Below the pieces are notes generated by a model that saw nothing but the letters and a program-made list of their open reading frames with translations, did no database searches and was not told the origin of the DNA. A stretch of 64,000 nucleotides of DNA from Thermodesulfobacteriota bacterium. GTDB lineage: Bacteria > Desulfobacterota > BSN033 > UBA1163. Made by a program: the position numbers and the translations under genes. The stretch's first letter is position 1. The number at the start of each line of letters is the position of its first letter. Where the stretch lies: assembly GCA_036769565.1 (NCBI GenBank), contig DAIPKW010000003.1:8378-72377 (forward strand). The letters run 5' to 3'. This document shows, piece by piece, positions 1-9,127 of the stretch.

Positions 1-792
1 CACACTATGGATACAGCGCACCACAATGATCTGCCCAAACTCCCGTTTTCCACCGACCATTCCTGTTGCCCTGTCACTTAAAAGGATGGCCATATACTGG
101 AAGGCGCCCGTATCACTCAATTCTTCCTCAACAATGGCTGTTGCCGCACGGACAGTGGCGAGTCGCTCCTCTGTCACCTCACCTACGATTCGAGTAGCCA
201 GGGCAGGACCAGGAAAGGGGATTCTCTGGGTGATCTCCGGAGGCAAGCCTAATAATTTTGCTACTTCTCTGACTCCGTCTTTACGAAGGGTCTTAAGAGG
301 TTCCAACACCTGATAGCCGTACTCTTTTTCTGGGTCAATGCCGATCTGAGCAAGGATATTATGCTGACGTTTGATTCCTGCTACGGTCTCTTCAATGTCC
401 GTAAGAATCGTTCCGTGGAGGAGGTATTTAGCGCCAGTCTCTCGGACCAGTCTTCCAAAGACCGTAGCGTAAAACGTTTTTGTGATGGCATTCCGTTTCT
501 CTTCTGGATCAGTTAAGCCTTTGAGTGCTCCCAGGAATTCCCTTTTTGCATCGATGATCTGGATCGGGATCCCCATATCGGAAAAGATCTTGAGCACCCG
601 TTGCGGTTCTCCTTGACGCATCAGCCCATTTTCGATGAAGACGGTCTTTAATCGGTTCCCGATGGCACGGTGACCAAGAACTGAAACGACAGAGCTGTCG
701 ACCCCTCCGCTCAGGGCATTCATAGCGATTTGATTTCCGACCGATTCTTTGATTTCAGCAATCTGTTCGTCAATAAAGGCCTTGTAATCCAT
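1..792 (-). CDS. guaA: GMP synthase ATP-pyrophosphatase (PP-loop) subunit/domain, split 'subunit B' type; partial, 3' end lies beyond the window start
   Basis: Reverse-strand translation starts MDYKAFIDEQIAEIKESVGNQIAMNALSGGVDSSV (PP-loop SGGxDS) and contains RIPFPGPALATRIVGEV, the GMP-synthase C-terminal signature; ATG at 792..790 preceded by GGAGG; the frame is open to position 1. Confidence 0.7.
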   Translation of the reverse strand, partial: MDYKAFIDEQIAEIKESVGNQIAMNALSGGVDSSVVSVLGHRAIGNRLKTVFIENGLMRQGEPQRVLKIFSDMGIPIQIIDAKREFLGALKGLTDPEEKRNAITKTFYATVFGRLVRETGAKYLLHGTILTDIEETVAGIKRQHNILAQIGIDPEKEYGYQVLEPLKTLRKDGVREVAKLLGLPPEITQRIPFPGPALATRIVGEVTEERLATVRAATAIVEEELSDTGAFQYMAILLSDRATGMVGGKREFGQIIVVRCIHSV

Positions 793-859
793 GTTTTCTC
801 CTCCAAAAAGATATGATGGCATTATATTGGATGAAACATCTTTGTCAATAGTGTCCAGC

Positions 860-1459
860 CTACTTTTTCAATACCTCAATGGTTTCGATGGAGTTCACGA
901 TCCATCTCTTCTCCATTTTTTTCAGCAAGCATTCGATCTCATAGGCCTCATTCACGGTTTCGCCTGGAGTGGTTCTTCCAGTGACCCTTGCGGTCAGGCG
1001 GACTTTTGAAACGTCGGCCTCGGGAAAGGTAATGTCAAAGTCGAGAAACTTAATATGGAGATTTGAAAAGTGAATACGGCCACGGACCACATAGCCTGTC
1101 ATTTCATCGCGACTAAACTTTCCTGATAGACCATAGGCAGGGAGTTTGATTTCACAAGTGTCAGCAACAAGGGAGGCGATTTTTTTGATCTTCTGATCCA
1201 GGGTGAAGATGCTTTCACCGGATTCTTTCATCATCGCATCTGAGAGAAGGCGAAACGTCTTCTTCACCCTTTTTTCTTCGGTCTGGGTAAGGCTAAAAGC
1301 TGTCCAAACGGTCAGTACAATTAGAATTGCGGCCATCAGAATGTATTTGACCTTCCACCGGTTCGAGATGGGAGGACGTTGTTTTTCAGCGGGTGTTCTC
1401 TTCTGCTGGTTTCCCGAAGGCCTTGAAGATTTGCCTGTTTTTTGAGAGGGAATCACCAT
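860..1459 (-). CDS. hypothetical membrane-anchored protein (single N-terminal TM helix, about 200 aa)
   Basis: ORF with TM segment KYILMAAILIVLTVWTAF. Start chosen at the ATG 1459..1457 (MVIPSQ...) because it has a GGAGG RBS and overlaps the lepB stop as ATGGTGA; the longer 241-aa version would overlap lepB extensively. Confidence 0.5.
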   Translation of the reverse strand: MVIPSQKTGKSSRPSGNQQKRTPAEKQRPPISNRWKVKYILMAAILIVLTVWTAFSLTQTEEKRVKKTFRLLSDAMMKESGESIFTLDQKIKKIASLVADTCEIKLPAYGLSGKFSRDEMTGYVVRGRIHFSNLHIKFLDFDITFPEADVSKVRLTARVTGRTTPGETVNEAYEIECLLKKMEKRWIVNSIETIEVLKK

Positions 1460-1974
1460 AGGGGACCTCCTAAAATTCTTTTGAGAGAGACCTGTCCGAA
1501 GAAATGTTTGTGGATGGGACCCTCTCGATAATCTCCCACGACATAGACGGAATTGGGTTCGACCTTCCGTGGGGGAAGGTTCCAATCATACGGGTATCGG
1601 AGATAAGGTTCCCCAAGCTCTTTGCCATTGATGAAGAGTTTTCCACTACGAAATTCGACTTCTTCGCCTTCGAGAGCAACCACTCGCTTCAGAAGGGTCA
1701 CCTTCTGGCCGGCAAAACGGATTACCACCACATCTCCCCTTTTGGGTTTTGAGAGGATATATTGAAGTCTCCAGCAGAAATTGATCTCTCCATCTCGATA
1801 AGTTGGATCCATGCTATGGCCTTTGATTCGGATAGGAATCAGCAGATAGCCGAAGACGAGATAGGCGAGGAGAGTGACACAACCTACCCGGATCAGAAAG
1901 GAGCGGGTGAATTTAGGAAAGAGAAAATTTCGAATCGTTTCAGGGAGAGCCATATGGTTTTTGAAAGGGGTCAA
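1453..1974 (-). CDS. lepB: signal peptidase I
   Basis: Motifs GHSMDPTY (catalytic Ser box), GDVVV, KRVVALEGEEVEF, GKLFINGKEL and YVVGD, with an N-terminal TM segment. Confidence 0.85.
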   Translation of the reverse strand: MTPFKNHMALPETIRNFLFPKFTRSFLIRVGCVTLLAYLVFGYLLIPIRIKGHSMDPTYRDGEINFCWRLQYILSKPKRGDVVVIRFAGQKVTLLKRVVALEGEEVEFRSGKLFINGKELGEPYLRYPYDWNLPPRKVEPNSVYVVGDYREGPIHKHFFGQVSLKRILGGPLW

Positions 1975-2034
1975 AATTGGTTTAACATTAGAAAGTGTCG
2001 TAGGTTAGGAAATGGAAGGGGACCACCTCCGTCC

Positions 2035-2469
2035 TTAAGATTTTTGAATGTCTCCAACCTCCTTCAACAGGTTTCTCAATTTCTGAATCGTTCCTTTTGG
2101 CATGGAATGGAATTCCATTCCATATCGGTGCTCTTTCCAGGTCTGCCTGGCCTCCAAATCAGCCCAAACGATCTTTGCCATTCCCTGGATGGTATTGAGT
2201 TCCAATCCCTTCGCAAAATAGATTTCCACTTTTAACATTTCTCCCACTTCAATTTTTTCGGGGAGATAGACAAATAGGCCGCCTTCACTCGCATTTTTAA
2301 CCAATCCTCCAAAATCGGTCTTTCTACCCTTTCGCGAATAATCGAGGGGGAGTTCAAGAATAAATCGAGGGTGTTTTCTCTTCTCATTAGCTACGATCCC
2401 TTTTGGTGACATATCCTTTTCCTCTTTCTTTTCCCCTTTTTTAAGAGTAGGGGTTTTTGCAAAACCCAT
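2035..2469 (-). CDS. PilZ domain (c-di-GMP binding) protein
   Basis: KRKHPRF...DFGGLVKNASEGGLFVY matches the PilZ RxxxR ... D/NxSxGG pattern; AAGGAGG RBS. Confidence 0.6.
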   Translation of the reverse strand: MGFAKTPTLKKGEKKEEKDMSPKGIVANEKRKHPRFILELPLDYSRKGRKTDFGGLVKNASEGGLFVYLPEKIEVGEMLKVEIYFAKGLELNTIQGMAKIVWADLEARQTWKEHRYGMEFHSMPKGTIQKLRNLLKEVGDIQKS

Positions 2470-2561
2470 GGTAGCCTCCTTGTGAGATCATTTCTCTTTG
2501 AAAAGGATGAAAGGTTCTAAAACATTTTTATGCGATCAAAAATTTATAAACATTAATCCTC

Positions 2562-2606
2562 CTTAGAAAGCTCTGCTGATGGTTCCGTGCGAAGCTTAGA
2601 TGCTGT
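2562..2606 (-). repeat. family-1 intergenic repeat, partial copy D (inverted orientation)
   Basis: Reverse complement ...taagcttcgcacggaaccatcagcagagctttctaagg matches the AAGCTTCGCAYGGGG...CAGCAGGGCTTTCTAAC core of copies at 4641-4742, 15489-15645 and 21997-22158. Confidence 0.5.
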
Positions 2607-2612
2607 TGGGAT

Positions 2613-3500
2613 TTACCTCTTCTTGATCTGGTGATTCCTGTATTGATGATAGGCCTCTCGCTTTGCCACATAAGGATCGAGGGCGTTTTTCTTAAAATCC
2701 TCATATTCTCCAATCCTGAAGGAGACATCGTTGATCTGATCATAGGTGCGAAGAGCGAGACCAACCGGCACCGACCTAATAAGGTAAGTCTTAGGATCAA
2801 GAAGAATGTCACCCGCGAAACCCAAAGCATCGCGTAGGCTCGAGGCTCCCAGAAATGGCCATTCCATATAGAATACCGGTCCCATTCCCCAAACGCCAAG
2901 TGTTTGACCGAAATCTTCATTCTTCTTTTCTATTTCCAGTTCTGTTTTGGCAGGATCCAGGAAGCCAGCCAGACCGAGAGTCGAATTGAGAAGAAAGCGA
3001 ATGGTTTCGTTTCCAGCGCCTTTAAAATTGGCCTGAAGGAGACAGTTGATCAGTCGAACCGGGGTGGTAAGATTGGAGAAGAAGTTTTTAACTCCGATTC
3101 TTACATCTTCTGGGACGACTATCCTATATCCTGAAGCCACAGGTTTCACTGCCCAGAAATAGAGTCTGTCATTGAAATGGAAGAAGAGGCGGTTCAGGGG
3201 TTCAAGGGGGTCGGCGATTGTTTCCGATTGCTCCTCTAATTCCAACTCTTCCTCTTTTGAAGGGGGTGTGGAAGACTGTACCAGCAAGAGGGGAAGATCA
3301 AAAGGAGAGTCGTAGACGAAGGGTTGGGAGTTGATCATTGCCATTTGCGAAGGGGAAGAAGGATTGGACTCGGAGGGGTTCTCAAATGAGCCTTCAGTTT
3401 CTGCTATTGATGTTGAGGTGAAAATGGCACAATCAGGTTCGGCCAAGGCTGGTGTGGCAAACATTAGAACCCACAGAATCAGGACAAGAAAACCTTTCAA
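2613..3500 (-). CDS. mlaA: MlaA/VacJ family outer-membrane lipoprotein (phospholipid transport)
   Basis: Signal peptide, then the VacJ-like block NDRLYFWAVKPVASGYRIVVPEDVRIGVKNFFSNL...NSTLGLAGFLDPA...EDFGQTLGVWG; sits with mlaFEDC. Confidence 0.75.
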   Translation of the reverse strand: MKGFLVLILWVLMFATPALAEPDCAIFTSTSIAETEGSFENPSESNPSSPSQMAMINSQPFVYDSPFDLPLLLVQSSTPPSKEEELELEEQSETIADPLEPLNRLFFHFNDRLYFWAVKPVASGYRIVVPEDVRIGVKNFFSNLTTPVRLINCLLQANFKGAGNETIRFLLNSTLGLAGFLDPAKTELEIEKKNEDFGQTLGVWGMGPVFYMEWPFLGASSLRDALGFAGDILLDPKTYLIRSVPVGLALRTYDQINDVSFRIGEYEDFKKNALDPYVAKREAYHQYRNHQIKKR

Positions 3501-3530
3501 TATTCCTCCTCAGGGGGATGCGCTATCGTC

Positions 3531-4142
3531 TCATTTCTGGGTTGATTTATCTTTTAACCGTTTAACCAACTCCGAGTATGAGGATTTGGTGATGATCTCA
3601 TTGAACTGAGTCCGGTAATTATTGATCAGACTAACCCCTTCCACTGAAAAGTCATAGACGAGCCAGTGTTCCCCTTTTTTCCAGGACCGATATTCGACTT
3701 GAATGGTCTGGTCTTTCGCCGTAAAGATCTTTACTCTGATGGAGGCGTAGTTGCCGTCAATCAGCTCATTTTCATAGAGAATCTTATTCCAGGAATAACC
3801 TTCAACCTTATTCATATAGACCCGTTCGAGCAACTCCCGAAAAAGTGGTACAAAATCTCTCCGTTCTTCTGGACTCCTCTGAGCCCAGTGCCTTCCAAGG
3901 GAGCGGCGAGCCATTTCTTCCCAATCGAAACGTTCGTCCACCGTTTTTAAAATCTTCTCTTTTCTCTCCCGATCTTTTTTGGGAGACTTGAGATGAGGGT
4001 CGGAAAGGATGGCCAAGACCTTATCTGTCGTGGCTTTGAGTTGGTCGAGTGGTTCTCCGGTAAGCCCATCACCAACAGTTCCAAAAATGAAGAAGAGAGA
4101 TAGAACGGATTGAATGAGCGCGATGCGATTCATTTGAGCCAC
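3531..4142 (-). CDS. mlaC: MlaC (Ttg2D) periplasmic phospholipid-binding protein
   Basis: Signal peptide; MlaC-like length and composition; position between mlaD and mlaA. Confidence 0.65.
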   Translation of the reverse strand: MAQMNRIALIQSVLSLFFIFGTVGDGLTGEPLDQLKATTDKVLAILSDPHLKSPKKDRERKEKILKTVDERFDWEEMARRSLGRHWAQRSPEERRDFVPLFRELLERVYMNKVEGYSWNKILYENELIDGNYASIRVKIFTAKDQTIQVEYRSWKKGEHWLVYDFSVEGVSLINNYRTQFNEIITKSSYSELVKRLKDKSTQK

Positions 4143-4151
4143 TCCAGTTCT

Positions 4152-4592
4152 TCAGATCTTTTCAAAGACAAGTTTTGAAATCAATTCTTCAATATCCACT
4201 GGTGGAAGGGTCTCACGAATTTTTCCTCCCGGCGGAATAATTTTTTCGGATCCTCCAGGAGTGATTTCAATATACTTTTCTCCGACCAGACCTTTTGTTT
4301 TAATCGAAGCTATCGCATCCTCCTGGATCTTTACATCCAAGGGCAGGCTCAAGACAATTCGGGCTTGATAATTTTCAAGGGTGATGCTCTTCACACGTCC
4401 CACCTCCACGCCTGCAATGACGATATTTGATCCCACCTTGACCCCTCCGCTGTTGGAGAAGATGGCATAGATTTCATAGCCTTTCCCTCCCACCACTTCT
4501 AATTTTCCAAGTTTGATAGAAAGGTATCCCAAGCAGAGGATTCCGACAAGAACGAATAGACCCACAGCCAGCTCAACATCGAATTTTTTCAT
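4152..4592 (-). CDS. mlaD: MlaD (MCE domain) protein
   Basis: N-terminal TM segment followed by an MCE domain (GVKVGSNIVIAGVEVGRVKSI); operon context. Confidence 0.75.
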   Translation of the reverse strand: MKKFDVELAVGLFVLVGILCLGYLSIKLGKLEVVGGKGYEIYAIFSNSGGVKVGSNIVIAGVEVGRVKSITLENYQARIVLSLPLDVKIQEDAIASIKTKGLVGEKYIEITPGGSEKIIPPGGKIRETLPPVDIEELISKLVFEKI

Positions 4593-4640
4593 CGCTTCAC
4601 CTCTATTGCCCAGTAAATAAAAGTCAAAGGTAAAAAGGTA

Positions 4641-4742
4641 AACCCCGTTTAGAATTTTTTAACTTTCCAATGGAAAGGTTCACACCCCGATAGAAGCTAA
4701 GCTTCGCATGGGGCAAGCAGTGCGGGTTTCTAACGGGGTAAA
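4641..4742 (+). repeat. family-1 intergenic repeat, copy A
   Basis: aaaccccgtttagaa...ccgatagaagctaagcttcgcatggggcaagcagtgcgggtttctaacggggtaaagg is closely similar to copies B and C. Confidence 0.6.
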
Positions 4743-4751
4743 GGCAAAGAA

Positions 4752-4789
4752 GCCGGTTTTGTTAATGGGTTAGGTCATTGGTCTTAAAG
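4752..4789 (+). repeat. 38-nt conserved element gccgGTTTtGTTaAtGGGTTAGGTCATTgGTCTTaAAG (copy 1)
   Basis: 32 of 38 positions identical to 54129..54166. Confidence 0.55.
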
Positions 4790-4909
4790 CATTCACCTTG
4801 TCTCTTTCCTTAACCCCCATTGGCATCCTCACCTTAACCTTAGCCTTGACCCATGAAAAATTTTTACCATCCGAGAGTAACGCCATATCATGAATAATTT
4901 CTTGCTTTC

Positions 4910-5656
4910 CTAATAGAGCTTGATAGGACCCTCCAGGCTTCCACTGATGAATTGCTGGACGATTGGATCATCAGAGGAAAGAATCTCTTCCGGTGTGCCG
5001 ATGAACTGGATGACTCCGTCGTGGAGCATGGCCACCTTCTGGGCAATCTGAAAGATCCTCGATAATTCGTGACTGACAATAATGGCTGTAAATCGGAGTT
5101 GTTGATGGACCGAACGAATCAGATCAAGAATGGTGTGAGCGATGACCGGGTCTAAGCCTGTGGTCGGTTCGTCAAAGAGCATGATCTCGGGTTTAGTGAT
5201 CAAGGCTCGGGCAAATGCGGTCCGCTTCTGCATCCCTCCGCTGAGCTCAGCCGGAAATTTGTTTTCGGCTCCAGTCAACCCTACTTGATCGAGTGCATAT
5301 AGCACCTTTTCGTAGATCTCTTTCTCACTCAGATTCGTCTTTTCACGAAGTGGAAAGGCCACATTATCAAAGACGGTCAGGGAAGAGAAGAGGGCATTGC
5401 CTTGGAAGAGAAAACCGAAACGGCTCCTGAGCTCTTCTCTCTCTTTTCCTTTTAAGCCGCCAATTTCCTTCCCATCGATGAAGACATGGCCCTGGTCGGG
5501 TTTCATCAATCCAACGATATGCTTCAGTATGACACTTTTACCCTTGCCACTGCCTCCGATGAGGGCAAGAATTTCGCCCCTTTCTATGGAGAGGGAGACT
5601 CCTTTGAGCACGGGAACACCGTTGAATGACTTGTAAATTCCTTCGATCCGGATCAT
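4910..5656 (-). CDS. mlaF: ABC transporter ATP-binding protein MlaF
   Basis: Walker A GGSGKGKS, ABC signature LSGGMQKR, Walker B LFDEPT. Confidence 0.85.
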   Translation of the reverse strand: MIRIEGIYKSFNGVPVLKGVSLSIERGEILALIGGSGKGKSVILKHIVGLMKPDQGHVFIDGKEIGGLKGKEREELRSRFGFLFQGNALFSSLTVFDNVAFPLREKTNLSEKEIYEKVLYALDQVGLTGAENKFPAELSGGMQKRTAFARALITKPEIMLFDEPTTGLDPVIAHTILDLIRSVHQQLRFTAIIVSHELSRIFQIAQKVAMLHDGVIQFIGTPEEILSSDDPIVQQFISGSLEGPIKLY

Positions 5657-5663
5657 TTTCTTC

Positions 5664-6431
5664 TCAGAAGAGAAGCGACGTCATGATATAGTCCCAAAAA
5701 AGAATCAATACAGAAGAAAGAACCACAGCCTGAGTGGTTGCCTTACTTACCCCCTCGGCTCCAAATCCGGCATGATAACCCTTATAGCAGCAGACCCAAG
5801 TAATGATGGCACCGAAGCTGAAGGACTTATAGATTCCCTCTAGGACATCCTCCATCTTCACGTAGTTGGCCATTTCGCCGAAATAAGTACCCTCTCCCAT
5901 TCCAAGGAGTTTCCCGCCCACGAAATAACCGCCAAAAATCCCGACCACATCGAAGATAGCGGTAAGCAGGGGAAGGGCAATGATCCCTGCGATCAGCTTG
6001 GGGACGATGAGATAACGGAAAGGATTGAGGCCCATCAGCTCCATGGCATCCACCTGTTCGCTAATCCGCATGATCCCTATCTCTGCAGTCATGGCTGATC
6101 CGGCTCTTCCGGTCACCATGAGGCCAGAAAGGACAGGTCCCAACTCTTTGATAAGCGAGAGGGCGACCATGGGCCCAAGCAGGGCTGTTGAACCAAAGCG
6201 ATTGAGGGTATAGTATCCTTGAAGACCCAGAACCATTCCTGAGAAGGCACCTGTCAGAAGGATGACCAAGGTCGATTGGTAGCCGATGAACCAGATCTGC
6301 CGGATGATCCAGGAAAATTTTAAAGGGGGTGTGACTGCACAGAAAAGGGTATGAAACAGGAAGAGTCCCATTTTACCCATTCCACGTAGCCACGAAAGCG
6401 TTAAGAATCCAAGCCTTCTGAGCACAATCAT
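5664..6431 (-). CDS. mlaE: ABC transporter permease MlaE
   Basis: Multi-TM permease immediately upstream of mlaF; MlaE-like length. No clear RBS, so the start is uncertain. Confidence 0.75.
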   Translation of the reverse strand: MIVLRRLGFLTLSWLRGMGKMGLFLFHTLFCAVTPPLKFSWIIRQIWFIGYQSTLVILLTGAFSGMVLGLQGYYTLNRFGSTALLGPMVALSLIKELGPVLSGLMVTGRAGSAMTAEIGIMRISEQVDAMELMGLNPFRYLIVPKLIAGIIALPLLTAIFDVVGIFGGYFVGGKLLGMGEGTYFGEMANYVKMEDVLEGIYKSFSFGAIITWVCCYKGYHAGFGAEGVSKATTQAVVLSSVLILFWDYIMTSLLF

Positions 6432-6622
6432 AAAAAAATTATGGCAAATATTATTTCGGATGTCAAAATCTTTTCCTTACGGTCGAGCTTGACAGTGGAC
6501 TACATAATTCTGCAATTTCTTGATTATTGAGGGTAGTTTTAGTATAGTCCCTTTTGAGTTTGGGATGAATGACGAAGGGGGAGGGATGAGGGAAGAGGGA
6601 TGGGAGAGGCGAGGGAGGTTTG

Positions 6623-6808
6623 ATGAAGAAGAAATTGGAAGAGCAGGTGGTTCAAAGGTTTCCTTATCGGTGTCCGTATTGTGATCAGGTCGTTTCTTAT
6701 GATCATTCTAAATTGAAGGAAGGAGAGAATGAGATTCAGTGTCCATTCTGTAAAAAGATATATATCAAAGTCGTTTCAGCTCAGGTGGGGAAAAGGAAGA
6801 GAAGATAG
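6623..6808 (+). CDS. small zinc-ribbon protein (CxxC-x19-CxxC), translationally coupled to recG
   Basis: MKKKLEEQVVQRFPYRCPYCDQ...CPFCKK; GAGGGAGG RBS; its TAG stop abuts the recG ATG. Confidence 0.4.
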   Translation: MKKKLEEQVVQRFPYRCPYCDQVVSYDHSKLKEGENEIQCPFCKKIYIKVVSAQVGKRKRR

Positions 6809-8941
6809 ATGCTGAGGTCCAGGTCACCACATTTTCGAAATCGGCTTCTCACTCCCATCCAGTATGTGAAAGGGGTCGGACCGAGATTAGCCAAACTCTT
6901 TGAGAAGAAAGGAATCCTCACCGTTGAGGATGGCCTCTACTTTCTACCGAGAGCCTATGAGGACCGAAGGCATTTGAAGAAGATTTCTGAACTGAAAGCT
7001 GGAAGAAAAGAGACCGGTTTTGGTGAAATCCTGCTTTCAGGAGTGGCCCTTTATCAGAATAACCGGAAGAGGATCTTTGAGGCTGTGGTCGGAGATGGAA
7101 GCGGCACGATCACCCTAAAGTGGTTTCGCGGAAATGAGCGGTATCTCCGGGACCGATTTAAGAAGGGTCGCCGGCTCATCTTTTCAGGTGAGGTCAGGTG
7201 GTTCAATTATCAAAAGGAGATCCATCACCCGGATGTAGAGATCGTAGAAGGAGATATCGAGGAGGATTACCTTAATTTTAAACGGATCGTCCCAATCTAT
7301 TCAGAGACTGAAGGGCTCTATCAGAGGACATTGCGGCGTTTGATGAAGACCATTGTGGATGGATATTCGGATGAGCTCTCCAGCCCCATTCCGAAAGAGA
7401 TTGTGGAACGACAGGACCTGATCGATTTTTCAGAAGCCTTCCGCAGGGTCCATTTCCCGCCGGACGGAGAATCCATCGAAAAGCTCAATCAACAGCGTTC
7501 TGACGGACATCGGAGGATCATCTTCGATGAATTTTTCTTTCTTGAATTAGGCCTCGCATTGAGGAAGAAAGGCCTATCCCTCGAAACAGGCATCTCTTTT
7601 AAAACGGAAGGAACGCTTTCAAAGAAGCTGATGAGTCAACTTTCTTTTCGATTAACAGGAGCACAGCAAAGGGTGTTAGCAGAGATTGTGGAGGATATGG
7701 AGAAATCTACCCCCATGAACCGGCTGATTCAAGGAGACGTAGGTAGTGGTAAGACGATCGTTGCTCTCTTATCGGCACTGCGGGCAGTGGAGTGTGGATT
7801 CCAGACCGCCATTATGGCACCGACCGAAGTTTTGGCCGAACAGCATTACCTCACGATCCATCGTTGGGTAGAGCCTTTGGGCGTTCGGGTGGTGCTATTG
7901 ACGAGCCATATCAAGGGTTCTGAGAGGGAAGAGATTTATGAGCAGATCAGAGGAGGGGAGGTTCAGATCGTCATTGGAACCCATGCAGTGATTCAGGAAC
8001 AGGTCGAATTTCATCGTCTGGGCCTTGCGATTATTGATGAACAACATAAGTTCGGTGTCGTCCAGAGGGGATTACTAAAGAAGAAGGGAGAAAACCCCGA
8101 TGTTCTGGTGATGACGGCCACTCCCATTCCCCGAACCCTTGCCATGACACTTTATGGTGATCTGGATATCTCGCTGATCGATGAGATGCCTCCCGGAAGG
8201 ATGCCTGTGGAGACAAAAGTTTTTCCAGAATCGGGAAGAGGGAGGGTTTACCGGATTGTTGAGGAGGAGGTTAAAAAAGGTCGGCAGGCCTTTATTGTCT
8301 ATCCGCTGGTAGAGGAGTCTGAGAAGCTTGACCTCAAAGATGCGACCCAGATGGCAGATCATCTTCAAAAAGATGTTTTCCCTCAGTTTCGAATCGGGTT
8401 GCTTCATGGCCGGATGAAGAGCGATGAAAAAGAAGCTATGATGATGGAGTTCAAAGAGGGTAAGATTCAGATCTTGGTTGCAACGACCGTCATTGAGGTT
8501 GGAATTGATATTCCCAATGCCTCGATCATGGTTGTCGAACATGCAGAGCGGTTTGGTCTCTCTCAACTTCATCAATTAAGGGGGAGGATTGGCCGGGGAC
8601 AGTATCCTTCCCAATGTATTCTCCTCGCCCAATACCGATCCTCTGAGGAGGCGAGAATTCGTCTTCGCGCCATGGAACAGACAAACGACGGGTTTAAGAT
8701 TGCCGAGCAGGATCTGGAATTGAGGGGACCAGGCGACTTCTTTGGAATCCGGCAGTCGGGTTTGCCCGATTTCAGAGTGGCCCATATCCTGCGCGACACG
8801 CCCATTTTAATTGAAGCCAGAAAGGAAGCCTTCCGTCTAATCCAGAAAGATCCGAACCTGGAAGAACCTTCCCATCAAGGGCTGAGAGAGGTATTGATGA
8901 GGCGATGGAAGGGAAGGTTGGAGTTAGCCACGATTGGATGA
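6809..8941 (+). CDS. recG: ATP-dependent DNA helicase RecG
   Basis: Helicase motifs QGDVGSGKT, DEQHKFGV, VMTATPIPRT, plus the RecG-type TRG region. Confidence 0.9.
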   Translation: MLRSRSPHFRNRLLTPIQYVKGVGPRLAKLFEKKGILTVEDGLYFLPRAYEDRRHLKKISELKAGRKETGFGEILLSGVALYQNNRKRIFEAVVGDGSGTITLKWFRGNERYLRDRFKKGRRLIFSGEVRWFNYQKEIHHPDVEIVEGDIEEDYLNFKRIVPIYSETEGLYQRTLRRLMKTIVDGYSDELSSPIPKEIVERQDLIDFSEAFRRVHFPPDGESIEKLNQQRSDGHRRIIFDEFFFLELGLALRKKGLSLETGISFKTEGTLSKKLMSQLSFRLTGAQQRVLAEIVEDMEKSTPMNRLIQGDVGSGKTIVALLSALRAVECGFQTAIMAPTEVLAEQHYLTIHRWVEPLGVRVVLLTSHIKGSEREEIYEQIRGGEVQIVIGTHAVIQEQVEFHRLGLAIIDEQHKFGVVQRGLLKKKGENPDVLVMTATPIPRTLAMTLYGDLDISLIDEMPPGRMPVETKVFPESGRGRVYRIVEEEVKKGRQAFIVYPLVEESEKLDLKDATQMADHLQKDVFPQFRIGLLHGRMKSDEKEAMMMEFKEGKIQILVATTVIEVGIDIPNASIMVVEHAERFGLSQLHQLRGRIGRGQYPSQCILLAQYRSSEEARIRLRAMEQTNDGFKIAEQDLELRGPGDFFGIRQSGLPDFRVAHILRDTPILIEARKEAFRLIQKDPNLEEPSHQGLREVLMRRWKGRLELATIG

Positions 8942-9127
8942 AACTCAACGATGAAATTGGCAGGATTCAGGGCCAATGGAATTGAAAAGGGGTATAAAGT
9001 GTGTTAACCAATGACCATTGAGAAGCTCATGGTTAGGGATAAGGTTAAAGTTTGAATGGAACCTAAATAGAGCGATTCACCCTATCTCACAAGGGAGGCA
9101 GGGGCAAACACTTCAAAGAGGGATAAT

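Noticed and set aside
26-313. 95-aa plus-strand ORF at the window start
   Set aside because: It is antisense to the PP-loop GMP-synthase-like gene, which has a clear SGGVDSS motif and its own RBS, so it is a shadow ORF.
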